Below the pieces are notes generated by a model. It searched no databases, had not been told where the DNA came from, and saw only the letters and a list, made by a program, of their open reading frames with translations. Shown one piece after another: positions 46,963-56,658 of a DNA stretch of 64,000 nucleotides. The stretch is from Syntrophales bacterium (GTDB lineage Bacteria; Desulfobacterota; Syntrophia; Syntrophales; UBA2210), in NCBI GenBank assembly GCA_023228425.1, contig JALOBE010000012.1, positions 4,458 to 68,457 of the forward strand, written 5' to 3'. Each line of letters opens with the position of its first letter. Within the stretch, counting starts at the first letter, position 1. The translations under genes were made by a program, and so were the position numbers.

Positions 46963-49376
46963 TCATGGTTTCAGTTCCCTGGAAAAAACAAAAAAACCCA
47001 AACGCCAAGACGTCACCCTTCTGGCCGGCAGCATCGATGCCTTTCTTTCCTGACAACGGCAAGCTGGTCATGACGGGTATCCTCGTTGCCGCCTGCCTTT
47101 TTTTCGGCTGGGCGCTTTCCCCCCATCCGAGTCAGAGGATACCGTCCTACAGTGTCGGTTCAATAGCGGCAAAAGATATTAAGGCGGACCGTGACCTCCT
47201 CGTGCAGGACACGGCCGCCACGGAACAGAAACGCCAGGAAGCCTCGCGGGAAACTCCCGCCGTTTATGAATACGACAGCGAACTTCCCCGACTGATAGCA
47301 TCGGCCTTGAGGGAAACCTTCATTGCCGCGGCTGAACTGAGTCCCGGACCGGCCGACGAGAACGAAGAATCGACCACCGGCCCGCCCTGCCCGGAAGCAC
47401 TCAGAAATCTTTTTGTATCGAGACTTGGTGTCTCGCCGAGCGACATGGATCTGGCCGTACTGAGTGAACAGGCGTTTGATCTTCGCGTCGCCGATGCCGT
47501 GGCACTGCTGGTTCGGTCCCTTTACGACAACCGGCTCATCAGCGAAGAAACACCCTCCTACGGTGACACCCCCAACACGGCGGTTCTTATATATGATGCC
47601 GCCTCGGACGGGGAATTCACTGCCATAGATCCGGTAGAAATCAATACCCTTGAAGAGGCCCGTTATTTTATGAGTACAGCGGGGTTCGACATGCTCCAGG
47701 AGGAAGACACGGCTCTGCGGAATGCTTCTGTCGCGCTGGCTGAAAAAATCATCCGCCCGAACCTGGTCTATTCGAGAAGTGCCACGGAACAGAAGCGCAA
47801 ACAGATCGTCGATGACGTCAAGCCTGCTTTCTACAAGGTTCAGAAAAACGAAATGATCGTCCGGGAAGGTCAGAAGATAACCGGCAGTGATGTGGATAAG
47901 CTCAGGGCTTTCTCGGCAATGCGAGACGGGCATCCCCTGGGCAGGCTGTCCATATTCATGGGAACCGTCCTGCTCATCGCCATTCTCGCCCTTGCCCTGT
48001 TCAGGCTTTCGATTCAACACCTGCAGGGAACCCCGGGGTTGACGAAGAATGTCCTTTTTCTCGCCCTCGTGGCGGTTTTACAGGTGGCCCTCCTCAAAGC
48101 AGGCATCTTTGTATGCGAAGCCGTGGACCTTTCCTTCCCCGGTCTCAATAATCCTTTTGTGTTCGCCATCCCCTTCGCGGCAGGAGCCATGCTTGTTTCC
48201 GTTCTGCTCGGCAGTCGTGAAGCGGGCCTTACCTTTGCCGTATTTCTCTCTTTCCTGACCACGTTCCTTTTTCAGGACAAGGCGGCCTTTTTCATATACT
48301 CCTTCAGCGGTTCCGTAGCGGCCTCCTACGCTATCGTGCACTGCAAAAAACGGTCGGATTTTTTTAAAACGGGACTTCTCGTGGGAGCAGTCAATGTTCT
48401 CGTGGCCCTGGGTCTTATCATGCTTTCCGGAACCCTTCTTATTCCGAAAACAGCGGTGACGCTTGTCATGGCACTGTCGGGCGGCCTGATCGCCGGCATT
48501 GTCGTATCAGGGACTGTACCGCTTTTCGAATATCTCTTCGGGTACACCACGGACATCAGACTGCTGGAGCTGGCAAACCTGAACCAGCCGATTTTTCAGG
48601 ATATGATCATGACGGCTCCGGGAACCTATCACCACGCCATCATTGTGGCATCTATGGTGGAGGCGGCGGCTGAAGAAATCGGGGCGAACTCACTGCTGGC
48701 GAAGGTGGGTGCCTACTATCACGATATCGGAAAGATGAAAAAACCGCTTTACTACGTTGAAAACCAGCAGAACTGGGAAAACAAACACGACAAACTGAAA
48801 CCGTCCATGAGTTCCCGCGTCATCATCTCTCACGTGAAAGACGGCTGTGACATGGCGAACGCCTTAAAGCTGGGGGAAGAGTTGCGCGATATCATACGAC
48901 AGCATCACGGGACACGCCTGGCCGCCTTTTTCTACGAAAAGGCAAAAAAAGAACGGGACCCTTCACAACCCCCGATTCTGGAAAGCGATTTCCGTTATCC
49001 CGGACCGAAGCCGCAGTCCAAGGAGGCCGCGCTTGTCTTGCTGGCCGATATAGTGGAAGCCTCGTCGAGAATATTGAAGAACCCGACCCCTTCCCGTATA
49101 CGGACCCTTGTTGACGCGCGAATACGGGAAACCGTCGACGACAACCAACTCGATGAATCAAGCCTGACATTCAGCGACCTGAACAAAATAGCCGAAAGCT
49201 ACGCCAGGATTCTCATCGGCATTTTTCACCACAGGATAGAGTACAGTGAATCCGATGGGAAGGAAGTGCCCCATGTCAAGAAAAACGGAAGCCCTCGTAG
49301 AAAATCACCAGCAAAAAGTCCCCCTAAAGCTTCAGTCGATAAAACAGTCGCTCTGCCGCCTGCTGGAACATCTTGA
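46959..49376 (+). CDS. 7TM-receptor/HD-domain phosphohydrolase (YqfF/PgpH-like)
   Basis: Extracellular N-domain, 7 TM helices, HHAIIVASM...YYHDIGK...HHGT HD motifs. Confidence 0.88.
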   Translation: MIMVSVPWKKQKNPNAKTSPFWPAASMPFFPDNGKLVMTGILVAACLFFGWALSPHPSQRIPSYSVGSIAAKDIKADRDLLVQDTAATEQKRQEASRETPAVYEYDSELPRLIASALRETFIAAAELSPGPADENEESTTGPPCPEALRNLFVSRLGVSPSDMDLAVLSEQAFDLRVADAVALLVRSLYDNRLISEETPSYGDTPNTAVLIYDAASDGEFTAIDPVEINTLEEARYFMSTAGFDMLQEEDTALRNASVALAEKIIRPNLVYSRSATEQKRKQIVDDVKPAFYKVQKNEMIVREGQKITGSDVDKLRAFSAMRDGHPLGRLSIFMGTVLLIAILALALFRLSIQHLQGTPGLTKNVLFLALVAVLQVALLKAGIFVCEAVDLSFPGLNNPFVFAIPFAAGAMLVSVLLGSREAGLTFAVFLSFLTTFLFQDKAAFFIYSFSGSVAASYAIVHCKKRSDFFKTGLLVGAVNVLVALGLIMLSGTLLIPKTAVTLVMALSGGLIAGIVVSGTVPLFEYLFGYTTDIRLLELANLNQPIFQDMIMTAPGTYHHAIIVASMVEAAAEEIGANSLLAKVGAYYHDIGKMKKPLYYVENQQNWENKHDKLKPSMSSRVIISHVKDGCDMANALKLGEELRDIIRQHHGTRLAAFFYEKAKKERDPSQPPILESDFRYPGPKPQSKEAALVLLADIVEASSRILKNPTPSRIRTLVDARIRETVDDNQLDESSLTFSDLNKIAESYARILIGIFHHRIEYSESDGKEVPHVKKNGSPRRKSPAKSPPKASVDKTVALPPAGTS

Positions 49377-49740
49377 CCACGAAGGCCACCAGGTGTCTCT
49401 GACACTGGTCGACGACGAAGAGATCCGCTCCATAAACAGGCGCTACCTCGGCCGGGACCATCCAACCAACGTGATTGCCTTTTCCCTGCGTGAGGGTGAT
49501 TTCGGTGACATTCATCCCCATCTCCTGGGCGATATCATCGTATCGGCTGAAACAGCTCAACGAGACGCGCTGGCGGGAGACCTGCCGCAGGACGACATGA
49601 TTCTCTTCCTGATTATTCACGGATTGCTGCACCTGCTGGGATATGACCACGAAGGCCCTTCAGAGGAAGCGGCCCGTATGCTGGACAAGGAGAACGAGCT
49701 TTTTTTCGCTCTGAAAGGCTATGAACTGGAGCGGGGATAA
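49273..49740 (+). CDS. ybeY: rRNA maturation endoribonuclease YbeY
   Basis: HPTNVIAFSL and HGLLHLLGYDH. ATG 49273 has GGGAAGGAAG upstream, which gives a 104-nt overlap with the preceding gene. Confidence 0.9.
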   Translation: MSRKTEALVENHQQKVPLKLQSIKQSLCRLLEHLDHEGHQVSLTLVDDEEIRSINRRYLGRDHPTNVIAFSLREGDFGDIHPHLLGDIIVSAETAQRDALAGDLPQDDMILFLIIHGLLHLLGYDHEGPSEEAARMLDKENELFFALKGYELERG

Positions 49741-49774
49741 CGGTCTTCCGGTACTTTTACAAAGCCGTCCTCTA

Positions 49775-51757
49775 TCAGTCGTGCCTGATAATCAGCATCT
49801 GCCCCGGGTAGATGGTTACATCCGCCGGCAGGTCATTGCAGGACAGCAGTTCATGCAGACTGATGTTGAACTTTTTCGCTATGGTGTAAGGACTGTCCCC
49901 GCTCTGTACGATATAGTTCATACCGGAAGCACCGTCATGTTGTCCCTTCGCGGGTACCTTCAGGACCTGGCCCACGGTAATCAGGTTGCTTGTAAGATTG
50001 TTGCTTTCCCTGATGTGTGTAACAGTCGTACCGAACCTGCGGGCCAGGTTGAAGAGAGAATCCCCCTTCTTGACCGTATAGGATGTTGTTCCGGCGGGGA
50101 CCGAACCGCCCTGAGCGGCTTCTTTTGCCCCCGCGCCCGGTATGGTCAGCCACTGTCCCTCCCGGATGAGGTGGGTTCGGGTGATGTTGTTTCCCCGGGC
50201 AATGGAGTCCACGGAACTTCCGTAGCGGGCGGCGATGGTCGACAGGGATTCGCCTCGACTGACCCTGTGCCGGACGGGCGCCGCGGAGACGGACGACGTC
50301 GCGGCCTGTGCTCCTCCGGCCACGGGAATCCGCAACCACTGACCCACACGTATGATATGCCCCTGGGAAATACTGTTGGTGCGGGCGATGGCAGCGACTG
50401 AACTCCGGTATCGAGCCGCAATAGAGGACAGTGATTCTCCACGGCGAACCTGGTGCCTGATCACGGAAGCTGTCTGGGCCACCGAGGCCGAAGCCCGGGG
50501 AATATCCTCAAGGCCTGCGCGAAGAACCTCGCCCTGCCCTCGGGGAACTCTGAATTCATAACTCCCCGCGGGCGTCATTTTGAGGCGCAGTTCGGCATTG
50601 AGAAGCTCAAGTTCGGTTTCCGAGGCATTTATGTGCTTTGCAATGTCCGACAACAGCATGTTTTTTGAGGTGATCACTGTCTCATGCAGCCGGGGTTCGT
50701 CGAGCGATTCATTTTCGAGGTCGAAGCCGTACCTCTCGGGATCGCTGATGATGCGGAGCGTGGCGAGAAAACGGGGCACGTAGCGTTTGGTCTCACCAGG
50801 AAGCATCTGGTAGAGATCCCAGAAATTGTCGAGGTAATTGATCTGCTGCCCTGAAATAACCCGCAGAACCCGTCCCTCTCCGCAGTTGTAAGCCGCCAGA
50901 ACGGTGTGCCAGTCGCCGAATATTCCGTGAAGCTCCTCCAGGTAGGCGATGGCCGCACAGGTTGACCGCTCGGGATTCATCCGTTCATCCACGAACTGAT
51001 CCCGCTTCAAGCCGAACTTATAGCCCGTGGAGGGGATGAACTGCCAGAGTCCGAGGGCACGGGCCGAAGAAAAGGCTTTTACGCTGAAGCCGCTTTCCAC
51101 GAGGGGAAGCCAGGAAAGCTCTTCCGGAAGCCCCGCTTCTTTCAGATATTCAACAATCATGGGTCGATAGGCACCGGACCGCCGATAGGATTGAAGGAAA
51201 AAGTTCCGCTCCTGGTTCTGAAATCTCCGGATTTCCTGTTCCACCTCGTCCGCTGTCGAAAGGGGAATTTCGCTCTGCCGGCCGACAGCCACGGTACCCC
51301 GTGACGCGTATATTTCGATGATCCGTTTGGCGATGAGAAACCGCAAATCATCTCTCTGCCAGGTTATATCCGGGTCATCGTTGATACCCAGTGTCAGGGA
51401 ATAGGCCTGGTCGAGGATGTTCAGGGCCGAGTCCAACTCACCCCGTTCCCAGAATTCCTGTGACTGGTTGAGAAGAAGCAGAGCCTCGTCAATGCACTCC
51501 TGAGCCGGAGATCTTCGCTGGTCGGAAGACTCATCAGCGCCGATATCGCCGGCATCCCCCCGAACAGTGCTGTACGAAGAAGAAAGGCCGGCCCGACTCC
51601 GGGGCGACGGCTTCTGGAGGCGGACGGCTTTTGTCGTTTCCTCTCCGTCCCGGTCCTGTCCGGAATGCCGTTCATAACCACCGGGTAAACCGGCACAGGA
51701 CGTCAGGACAACGAGTACAAAAACGGCCAGACAGACCAGCCTGTAGGCATGCCGCAT
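49775..51757 (-). CDS. mltD: lytic transglycosylase lipoprotein with four C-terminal LysM repeats (MltD-like)
   Basis: Lipobox VVLTSC, SLT motif ESGFSVKAFSSARALGLWQFIPSTG, and 4 LysM units (e.g. HQVRRGESLSSIAARY..., YTVKKGDSLFNLARRF...). Confidence 0.88.
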   Translation of the reverse strand: MRHAYRLVCLAVFVLVVLTSCAGLPGGYERHSGQDRDGEETTKAVRLQKPSPRSRAGLSSSYSTVRGDAGDIGADESSDQRRSPAQECIDEALLLLNQSQEFWERGELDSALNILDQAYSLTLGINDDPDITWQRDDLRFLIAKRIIEIYASRGTVAVGRQSEIPLSTADEVEQEIRRFQNQERNFFLQSYRRSGAYRPMIVEYLKEAGLPEELSWLPLVESGFSVKAFSSARALGLWQFIPSTGYKFGLKRDQFVDERMNPERSTCAAIAYLEELHGIFGDWHTVLAAYNCGEGRVLRVISGQQINYLDNFWDLYQMLPGETKRYVPRFLATLRIISDPERYGFDLENESLDEPRLHETVITSKNMLLSDIAKHINASETELELLNAELRLKMTPAGSYEFRVPRGQGEVLRAGLEDIPRASASVAQTASVIRHQVRRGESLSSIAARYRSSVAAIARTNSISQGHIIRVGQWLRIPVAGGAQAATSSVSAAPVRHRVSRGESLSTIAARYGSSVDSIARGNNITRTHLIREGQWLTIPGAGAKEAAQGGSVPAGTTSYTVKKGDSLFNLARRFGTTVTHIRESNNLTSNLITVGQVLKVPAKGQHDGASGMNYIVQSGDSPYTIAKKFNISLHELLSCNDLPADVTIYPGQMLIIRHD

Positions 51758-51825
51758 GCGGTGAGATCCCCATCTTGTACGTTAAATTTTTGTTCCTGTA
51801 ACGTCTTTTTACCTATATTGCAATG

Positions 51826-51871
51826 AAAAACCGCGCCATTGTTCCATCCCGGATACAGACGGAGCGCGGTT
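51826..51871 (-). terminator. possible terminator after prfB
   Basis: Minus strand reads AACCGCGC ... GCGCGGTT followed by TTT, starting 1 nt after the prfB stop. The large 27-nt loop lowers confidence. Confidence 0.4.
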
Positions 51872-51872
51872 A

Positions 51873-52980
51873 TCAGGGTTGAACCACCGCCTGGCTTGCA
51901 AGGTAGGCTTCTATGAATTCATTGATGGAGCCATCGAGCACACTGTCCACGTCACCCACTTCCATGTTCGTGCGATGGTCTTTTACCATGCGGTAGGGGT
52001 GCACTACATAGGATCGTATCTGGCTTCCCCAGGAGATGTCTTTTTTCGACCTGTTCACCTCTTCATTTTTTTCGTTCTGCTCCTGCCGTTGCAGATCATA
52101 GAGCCGGGACGCCAGTATCTTCATGGCCGTAGACTTGTTCTTGTGTTGAGAACGCTCGTTCTGGCACTGGACGACGATCCCCGTGGGAAGATGGGTAATG
52201 CGCACCGCCGAGTCGGTTTTGTTGACATGCTGTCCTCCCGCGCCGCTTGACCTGTAGGTGTCAATCCGCAGATCGTTCTCATCGATCTCGATGTCATTGT
52301 CTTCCTCGAGCTCGGGGTAGACGAATACGGAAGCAAAAGAGGTGTGTCGACGCCTGCCGGTGTCGAAGGGGGATATGCGAACGAGCCGGTGAATTCCCGC
52401 CTCGGCCCGGGCATATCCGAAAGCATAGGGACCTTCGAGAGTCAGGGTGGCACTTTTGATGCCGGCTTCATCGCCGGGCTGAAAGTCGACGATGAGCGTT
52501 CTGTAGCCCCTGCCTTCCGCCCATCGAAGATACATGCGCAGGAGCATTTCAGCCCAGTCCTGGGCCTCTGTCCCTCCCGCTCCGGCATGAATGGTCATGA
52601 TGGCATTCCCGCCGTCATGCTCGCCGGTCATCATGAGCGTCAGTTCCTCTTTACGAACCAGCTCTTCCAGACCTCGAATGTCGTTTCGAATGTCCCTGAG
52701 AGTTATTTCATCGTCCTCTTCGCGGGCCATTTCAAACAAGTCTGCCAGTTCGTCTACAGACGTGTTCAGGCTGTTCCAGGTGAAAATGACGTCCTCAAGC
52801 CTGCGTTTTTCCTGTAGAACCCGCTTGGCCCGTTCCTGCTCATTCCAAAAGTCTTCCTTTATCAAAAGTGACTCAAGTTCTTTTGTTCGAAGTGTAATTT
52901 TTTCAAGGTCAAAGGCAGCTCCTGAGATTATTTACGCGTTTTTTCAGGTCTTCAACAGATTCCTTGATGTCCTCGATCAT
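51873..52980 (-). CDS. prfB: peptide chain release factor 2, requires programmed +1 frameshift (join 52980..52912 and 52910..51873)
   Basis: Frame 0 reads MIEDIKESVEDLKKRVNNLRSCL-TGA. The +1 frame continues DLEKITLRTKELESLLIKEDFWNEQ... into the 330-aa track ORF, which carries SPF and GGQ (SGAGGQHVNKT). The ATG overlaps the lnt TGA (ATGA). Confidence 0.93.
52908..52923 (-). promoter_or_regulatory. RF2 autoregulatory +1 frameshift site
   Basis: Minus strand reads AGGAG-CTGC-CTT-TGA-C: an internal SD-like element, then the CUU UGA C slippery/stop context as in E. coli prfB. Confidence 0.9.
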
Positions 52981-54485
52981 GATCGTCTCCTTCTGTACAG
53001 CAACACTACACAGGACATGACAATTGAGCACAGGGCAAACACGTCTCCGTGCCGTGTGTAAAACGTTTGCAGGGATAGTGCCTGCAGGGTTCCCGTCAGC
53101 AGGGCCGGCTCGAACAGGTCGGTCTTTCCGGTCACCCGGCCAAGGGGATCAACGAGGGCGCTGATTCCCGTGTTGGCGGCCCTCGCGATGGAACGACGGT
53201 TCTCCACGGCCCGCAGGGTCAGCATCGACATGTGCTGATGAGGCGCCGAGGTACGTCCGTACCACCCGTCGTTGGTTAAGTTGACGAGGTAGTCGGCACC
53301 CCTGAGCGTGTAGATCCTGCTGATCTCAGGGAATATACCTTCATAACATATTAAGACGCCTACCGCCATACCATTCAATTTCAGGGGGTCGATGCCCCGG
53401 CCGGGAATGAAATCAGCGAACCCTTCCACCAGTTTGTCGACAAAGAAGAATATCCGCCTCAGAGGAACATATTCACCGAAAGGAACCAGATGGGTCTTGT
53501 CGTAGCGCCCCAGCATGGTCCCCTCGGGAGACAACAGCCAGGCACTGTTCAAGAGGGACTGCTTTCCGTTCACAGTGGTATAGCTCGGACTTCCGAAAAG
53601 AAGAAACGCCCCCGTTTCCCGGGCCAGGGCCACTATGGCCCGATGATTGTCGTCGACATCCTGAAAAAACAGAGGGGCCGCCGTTTCGGGCCACAGAATA
53701 AATTCGGCACCGCGCCGGGAAGCCTGCCGGGAGAATTCTCCATAGATATTGATGGTTCTGTCCCGGTATGCGTCGTCCCACTTGACCGCCTGCTCGATGT
53801 TGCCCTGTATCAAACCCAGCGATATCGTATCCGCGCGGGCGCATTCCCGCTCGACGGCGTCCGTTCGATAGAAGCCGTAGAAAAGAATGGCGGCCACGAT
53901 GCCGGTAACAGCCGTCGCCACAAGGACTTTTCTTTTCAACGTCCCGACTTTGAGGATTTCATACATCGCGGCATTCACAAGGATCACAAGAAAGGAGATA
54001 CCGAATACCCCAGTGATATCGGCAATCTGTATAAGATAAATGTGGGCGTGAAGCGCGTACCCCAGGTTTTCCCAGGGAAATCCCGTAAAAAGATGAGACT
54101 TCAGGTACTCCAAGGCCGTCCAGAGCGGCGGCGCCGCCACGATCAGGGGGATCCCCCTCCTGTTCGCGACGGTTGCAAGAAACGAAAAAACAGCCGTGTA
54201 GAACGCGAGGTAGAGGGAAAAAAGAGCCAAGACGGCCGTTGAGAACGCAAGGGGAAGGTTCCCGTAATAGCTTGCAACGTAGACGATCCAGTAGATAAGC
54301 CCCGCGTTGAATATCAGTCCCGCAACGAGCCCCAGCCGGAAAGCTTCAGCGGGGCGGGCGTTCCGCAGAGCGAAAAACAGCGGGACAAAAGCCGCCCAGA
54401 TCAGGTAGTCCTGGTTGAACTTCGGAAAGGCCAGTACAAGGAGTACTCCCGAAAACAGTGCCGGGAGCAGCGTTTTCCCGCTCAT
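52977..54485 (-). CDS. lnt: apolipoprotein N-acyltransferase
   Basis: N-terminal multi-TM domain and C-terminal CN-hydrolase domain (ILWPETA, LICYE). Confidence 0.9.
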   Translation of the reverse strand: MSGKTLLPALFSGVLLVLAFPKFNQDYLIWAAFVPLFFALRNARPAEAFRLGLVAGLIFNAGLIYWIVYVASYYGNLPLAFSTAVLALFSLYLAFYTAVFSFLATVANRRGIPLIVAAPPLWTALEYLKSHLFTGFPWENLGYALHAHIYLIQIADITGVFGISFLVILVNAAMYEILKVGTLKRKVLVATAVTGIVAAILFYGFYRTDAVERECARADTISLGLIQGNIEQAVKWDDAYRDRTINIYGEFSRQASRRGAEFILWPETAAPLFFQDVDDNHRAIVALARETGAFLLFGSPSYTTVNGKQSLLNSAWLLSPEGTMLGRYDKTHLVPFGEYVPLRRIFFFVDKLVEGFADFIPGRGIDPLKLNGMAVGVLICYEGIFPEISRIYTLRGADYLVNLTNDGWYGRTSAPHQHMSMLTLRAVENRRSIARAANTGISALVDPLGRVTGKTDLFEPALLTGTLQALSLQTFYTRHGDVFALCSIVMSCVVLLYRRRRS

Positions 54486-55429
54486 TATTCCGTCACGTCC
54501 CCCGCTGCCCCGCCCGGCGGCTTCCGCCTCTCATCGCCGGGCAGTGCCTTGCCCGACAGTCTGCGAACCCGCACTTTCTTTATGCTTCGCTCGTCGGCTT
54601 TTTCTATCACCATTTCTATGTTTTCATAGGGAATCACTTCACCGGCCAGAGGAATCTTCTTGACGAGAAAAAGAATGAACCCTCCCACTGTTTCAAACTG
54701 ACCGTCGGGAATGACGCAGTCAAAGTAGGTTTCAAACTCATCGATTTCCGCCCTTCCGTCGACCATGACATCTCCCGACGAAAGCTCCGTGAAGGGTTCC
54801 TCCTCGTCGGCATCATATTCATCGTGGATTTCGCCGACAATCTCCTCGATCAGGTCTTCAAGCGTGACCAGCCCCGACGTTCCGCCGTATTCGTCGATAA
54901 CCACGGCCATATGGGATTTCATTTCCTTGAGCTCATGGAGCAGAATGTGGATGCTTTTTGTTTCAGGAATGAAATAGGCCTTGCGGAGTATGGACATGAA
55001 ATTGTGCTGATCCACCTGGTGTGACCAGAACCTGAGCAGGTCTTTTACGTTCAACACACCGATTATGTTGTCGATGTTTTCCACATAGACGGGCATCCGC
55101 GTGTGGCCGTGCCGTGAAACGAGGTTCAGTATCTCCTCGATGCCGGCGTCGCTTGAAAGAGCGATGATTTCGGTCCGGGGCACCATAACCTCCCGGGCCA
55201 CCGTGTCTCCCAGTTCAAGAACGTTTTCAAGCATCTGGGCCGACTGCTTGTCCAGGAATCCTTCCTTTCTGCCGACGTCCACCAGAGAACGGATTTCCTC
55301 GCCCGGGAAGGGAAGAGTTGTCTCCCTGCCGTTGCCGCTGAAAAAATAAATAAAGAAATACCGTATTTTTTTCAGTAGTGTTTTCACGCCATACCACTGT
55401 AAACGAGGATGCGTCCTGCCGGCCTTCAC
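54485..55429 (-). CDS. CBS-pair / CorC_HlyC domain protein (YbeX/CorC-like)
   Basis: EVMVPRTEI, two CBS repeats, C-terminal transporter-associated domain. ATGA overlap with the upstream rSAM gene and 1-nt overlap with lnt. Confidence 0.8.
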   Translation of the reverse strand: MKAGRTHPRLQWYGVKTLLKKIRYFFIYFFSGNGRETTLPFPGEEIRSLVDVGRKEGFLDKQSAQMLENVLELGDTVAREVMVPRTEIIALSSDAGIEEILNLVSRHGHTRMPVYVENIDNIIGVLNVKDLLRFWSHQVDQHNFMSILRKAYFIPETKSIHILLHELKEMKSHMAVVIDEYGGTSGLVTLEDLIEEIVGEIHDEYDADEEEPFTELSSGDVMVDGRAEIDEFETYFDCVIPDGQFETVGGFILFLVKKIPLAGEVIPYENIEMVIEKADERSIKKVRVRRLSGKALPGDERRKPPGGAAGDVTE

Positions 55430-56301
55430 AGCCCCCGAAGAAACTCGGGACGGAGGACCCTCCTGTTCTTCGATTCGATGATTTCCGTCAGGAGCCTCAC
55501 GCCCTCTTCTTTGTCCGCCGGCAGTCTGAGACGCAGGGGAACATAGTTGGACGCGTGGTTGGATGTAAAAAAACAGTTTGAAAAGTCGGACTCTTTAATC
55601 ATCGTTCTCAATTCCTCGAGAAACCCGAAGGTGTCCGGGAGTCTGAACGTTCCCCTCCGGAGGTCATCGTAAAGAGGGGTACCGGGGATAACCATGACCG
55701 TCAGGGCCCCCACGTAGTCAGGATCTATATCGGTGAGGATACGCGCCGTGTCACGGGCATGCTCCCGGCTTTTTTCAACGCCGCCGATTCCCAACAGAAC
55801 CGTAACGGACAGCTCAATCCCCGCGTCTTTCACCATCCGCCCCGCCATCACTATCTGATCATAATCGGCCCCTTTCCTGATGGTCTTGAGCAAATCCCTG
55901 TTCCCCGTCTCTATTCCCAGATAGACAATACCAAGACCCAGGTTCCTCAATTGAACCAGTTCATCAGGGGTTTTTCGGAGGATGCTCTTTGTGTTCCCGT
56001 AAGTCCCGATTCGCCTCACCCCTCGAATATGTTCGTTTATGGAGTCAATGACGGCCGTCAATCGTGCCTGGGGAACAATGAGCGCGTCACCGTCACAGAG
56101 AAATACCCTTTCGACGGGTTGACCCCATGATGCCGCTTCCAGAATATCTTCCTCGATTTCCTCGAAAGACTTGATGCGGAACCGTTCTCCCTCATAGGTC
56201 CCGCAGAAGGTACACTTGTTATGAGAGCAGCCCACCGTTACCTGCAGGAGAAGACTCTGCGCCTCACTCGGAGGGCGTATTACCATTCCTTCATACTTCA
56301 T
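55426..56301 (-). CDS. radical SAM-type protein with CX4CX2C cluster motif
   Basis: MKYEGMVIRPPSEAQSLLLQVTVGCSHNKCTFCGTY. TIM-barrel-like remainder; 291 aa. Confidence 0.7.
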   Translation of the reverse strand: MKYEGMVIRPPSEAQSLLLQVTVGCSHNKCTFCGTYEGERFRIKSFEEIEEDILEAASWGQPVERVFLCDGDALIVPQARLTAVIDSINEHIRGVRRIGTYGNTKSILRKTPDELVQLRNLGLGIVYLGIETGNRDLLKTIRKGADYDQIVMAGRMVKDAGIELSVTVLLGIGGVEKSREHARDTARILTDIDPDYVGALTVMVIPGTPLYDDLRRGTFRLPDTFGFLEELRTMIKESDFSNCFFTSNHASNYVPLRLRLPADKEEGVRLLTEIIESKNRRVLRPEFLRGL

Positions 56302-56620
56302 TTTTCACCCCGGGCGGTCTGTTCGCTCGGGAAGAGGAGCCCGAAGAGACCGTTTTCCTTATGTTCGATGGTGCGAGTCTATACCAGGGTCGAAAAAAAA
56401 ACAAGCAACGGTGACACGTCGCATCCGGCTGTGCGCACCGTGACAGGTCCTCATCATCTCATACCGGCCCATCCTGAACGCCCTCCTCTCGCAATAATCG
56501 AAGGACCAAACACCGCCGCGGAGGAGAGGATCACGGTCCGGGAGGGTTCATTCGGGCTTATGGAAAGCCCTGCCTGCCGGGACAGTTCCGGGTTATAGCC
56601 GTTCGAAGAGCTTGCAAACC

Positions 56621-56658
56621 AAAAAAGGTCCCACATGCTGAAGAGATGTAAGACCTTT
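56621..56658 (-). terminator. rho-independent terminator after tRNA-Arg
   Basis: Minus strand reads AAAGGTC-TT-ACAT-(CTCTTCAGC)-ATGT-GG-GACCTTT followed by TTT. Confidence 0.6.

Noticed and set aside
56454-56636. 60-aa minus-strand ORF in the tRNA/rSAM spacer
   Set aside because: It overlaps the tRNA terminator hairpin, has no SD, and its composition looks non-coding.
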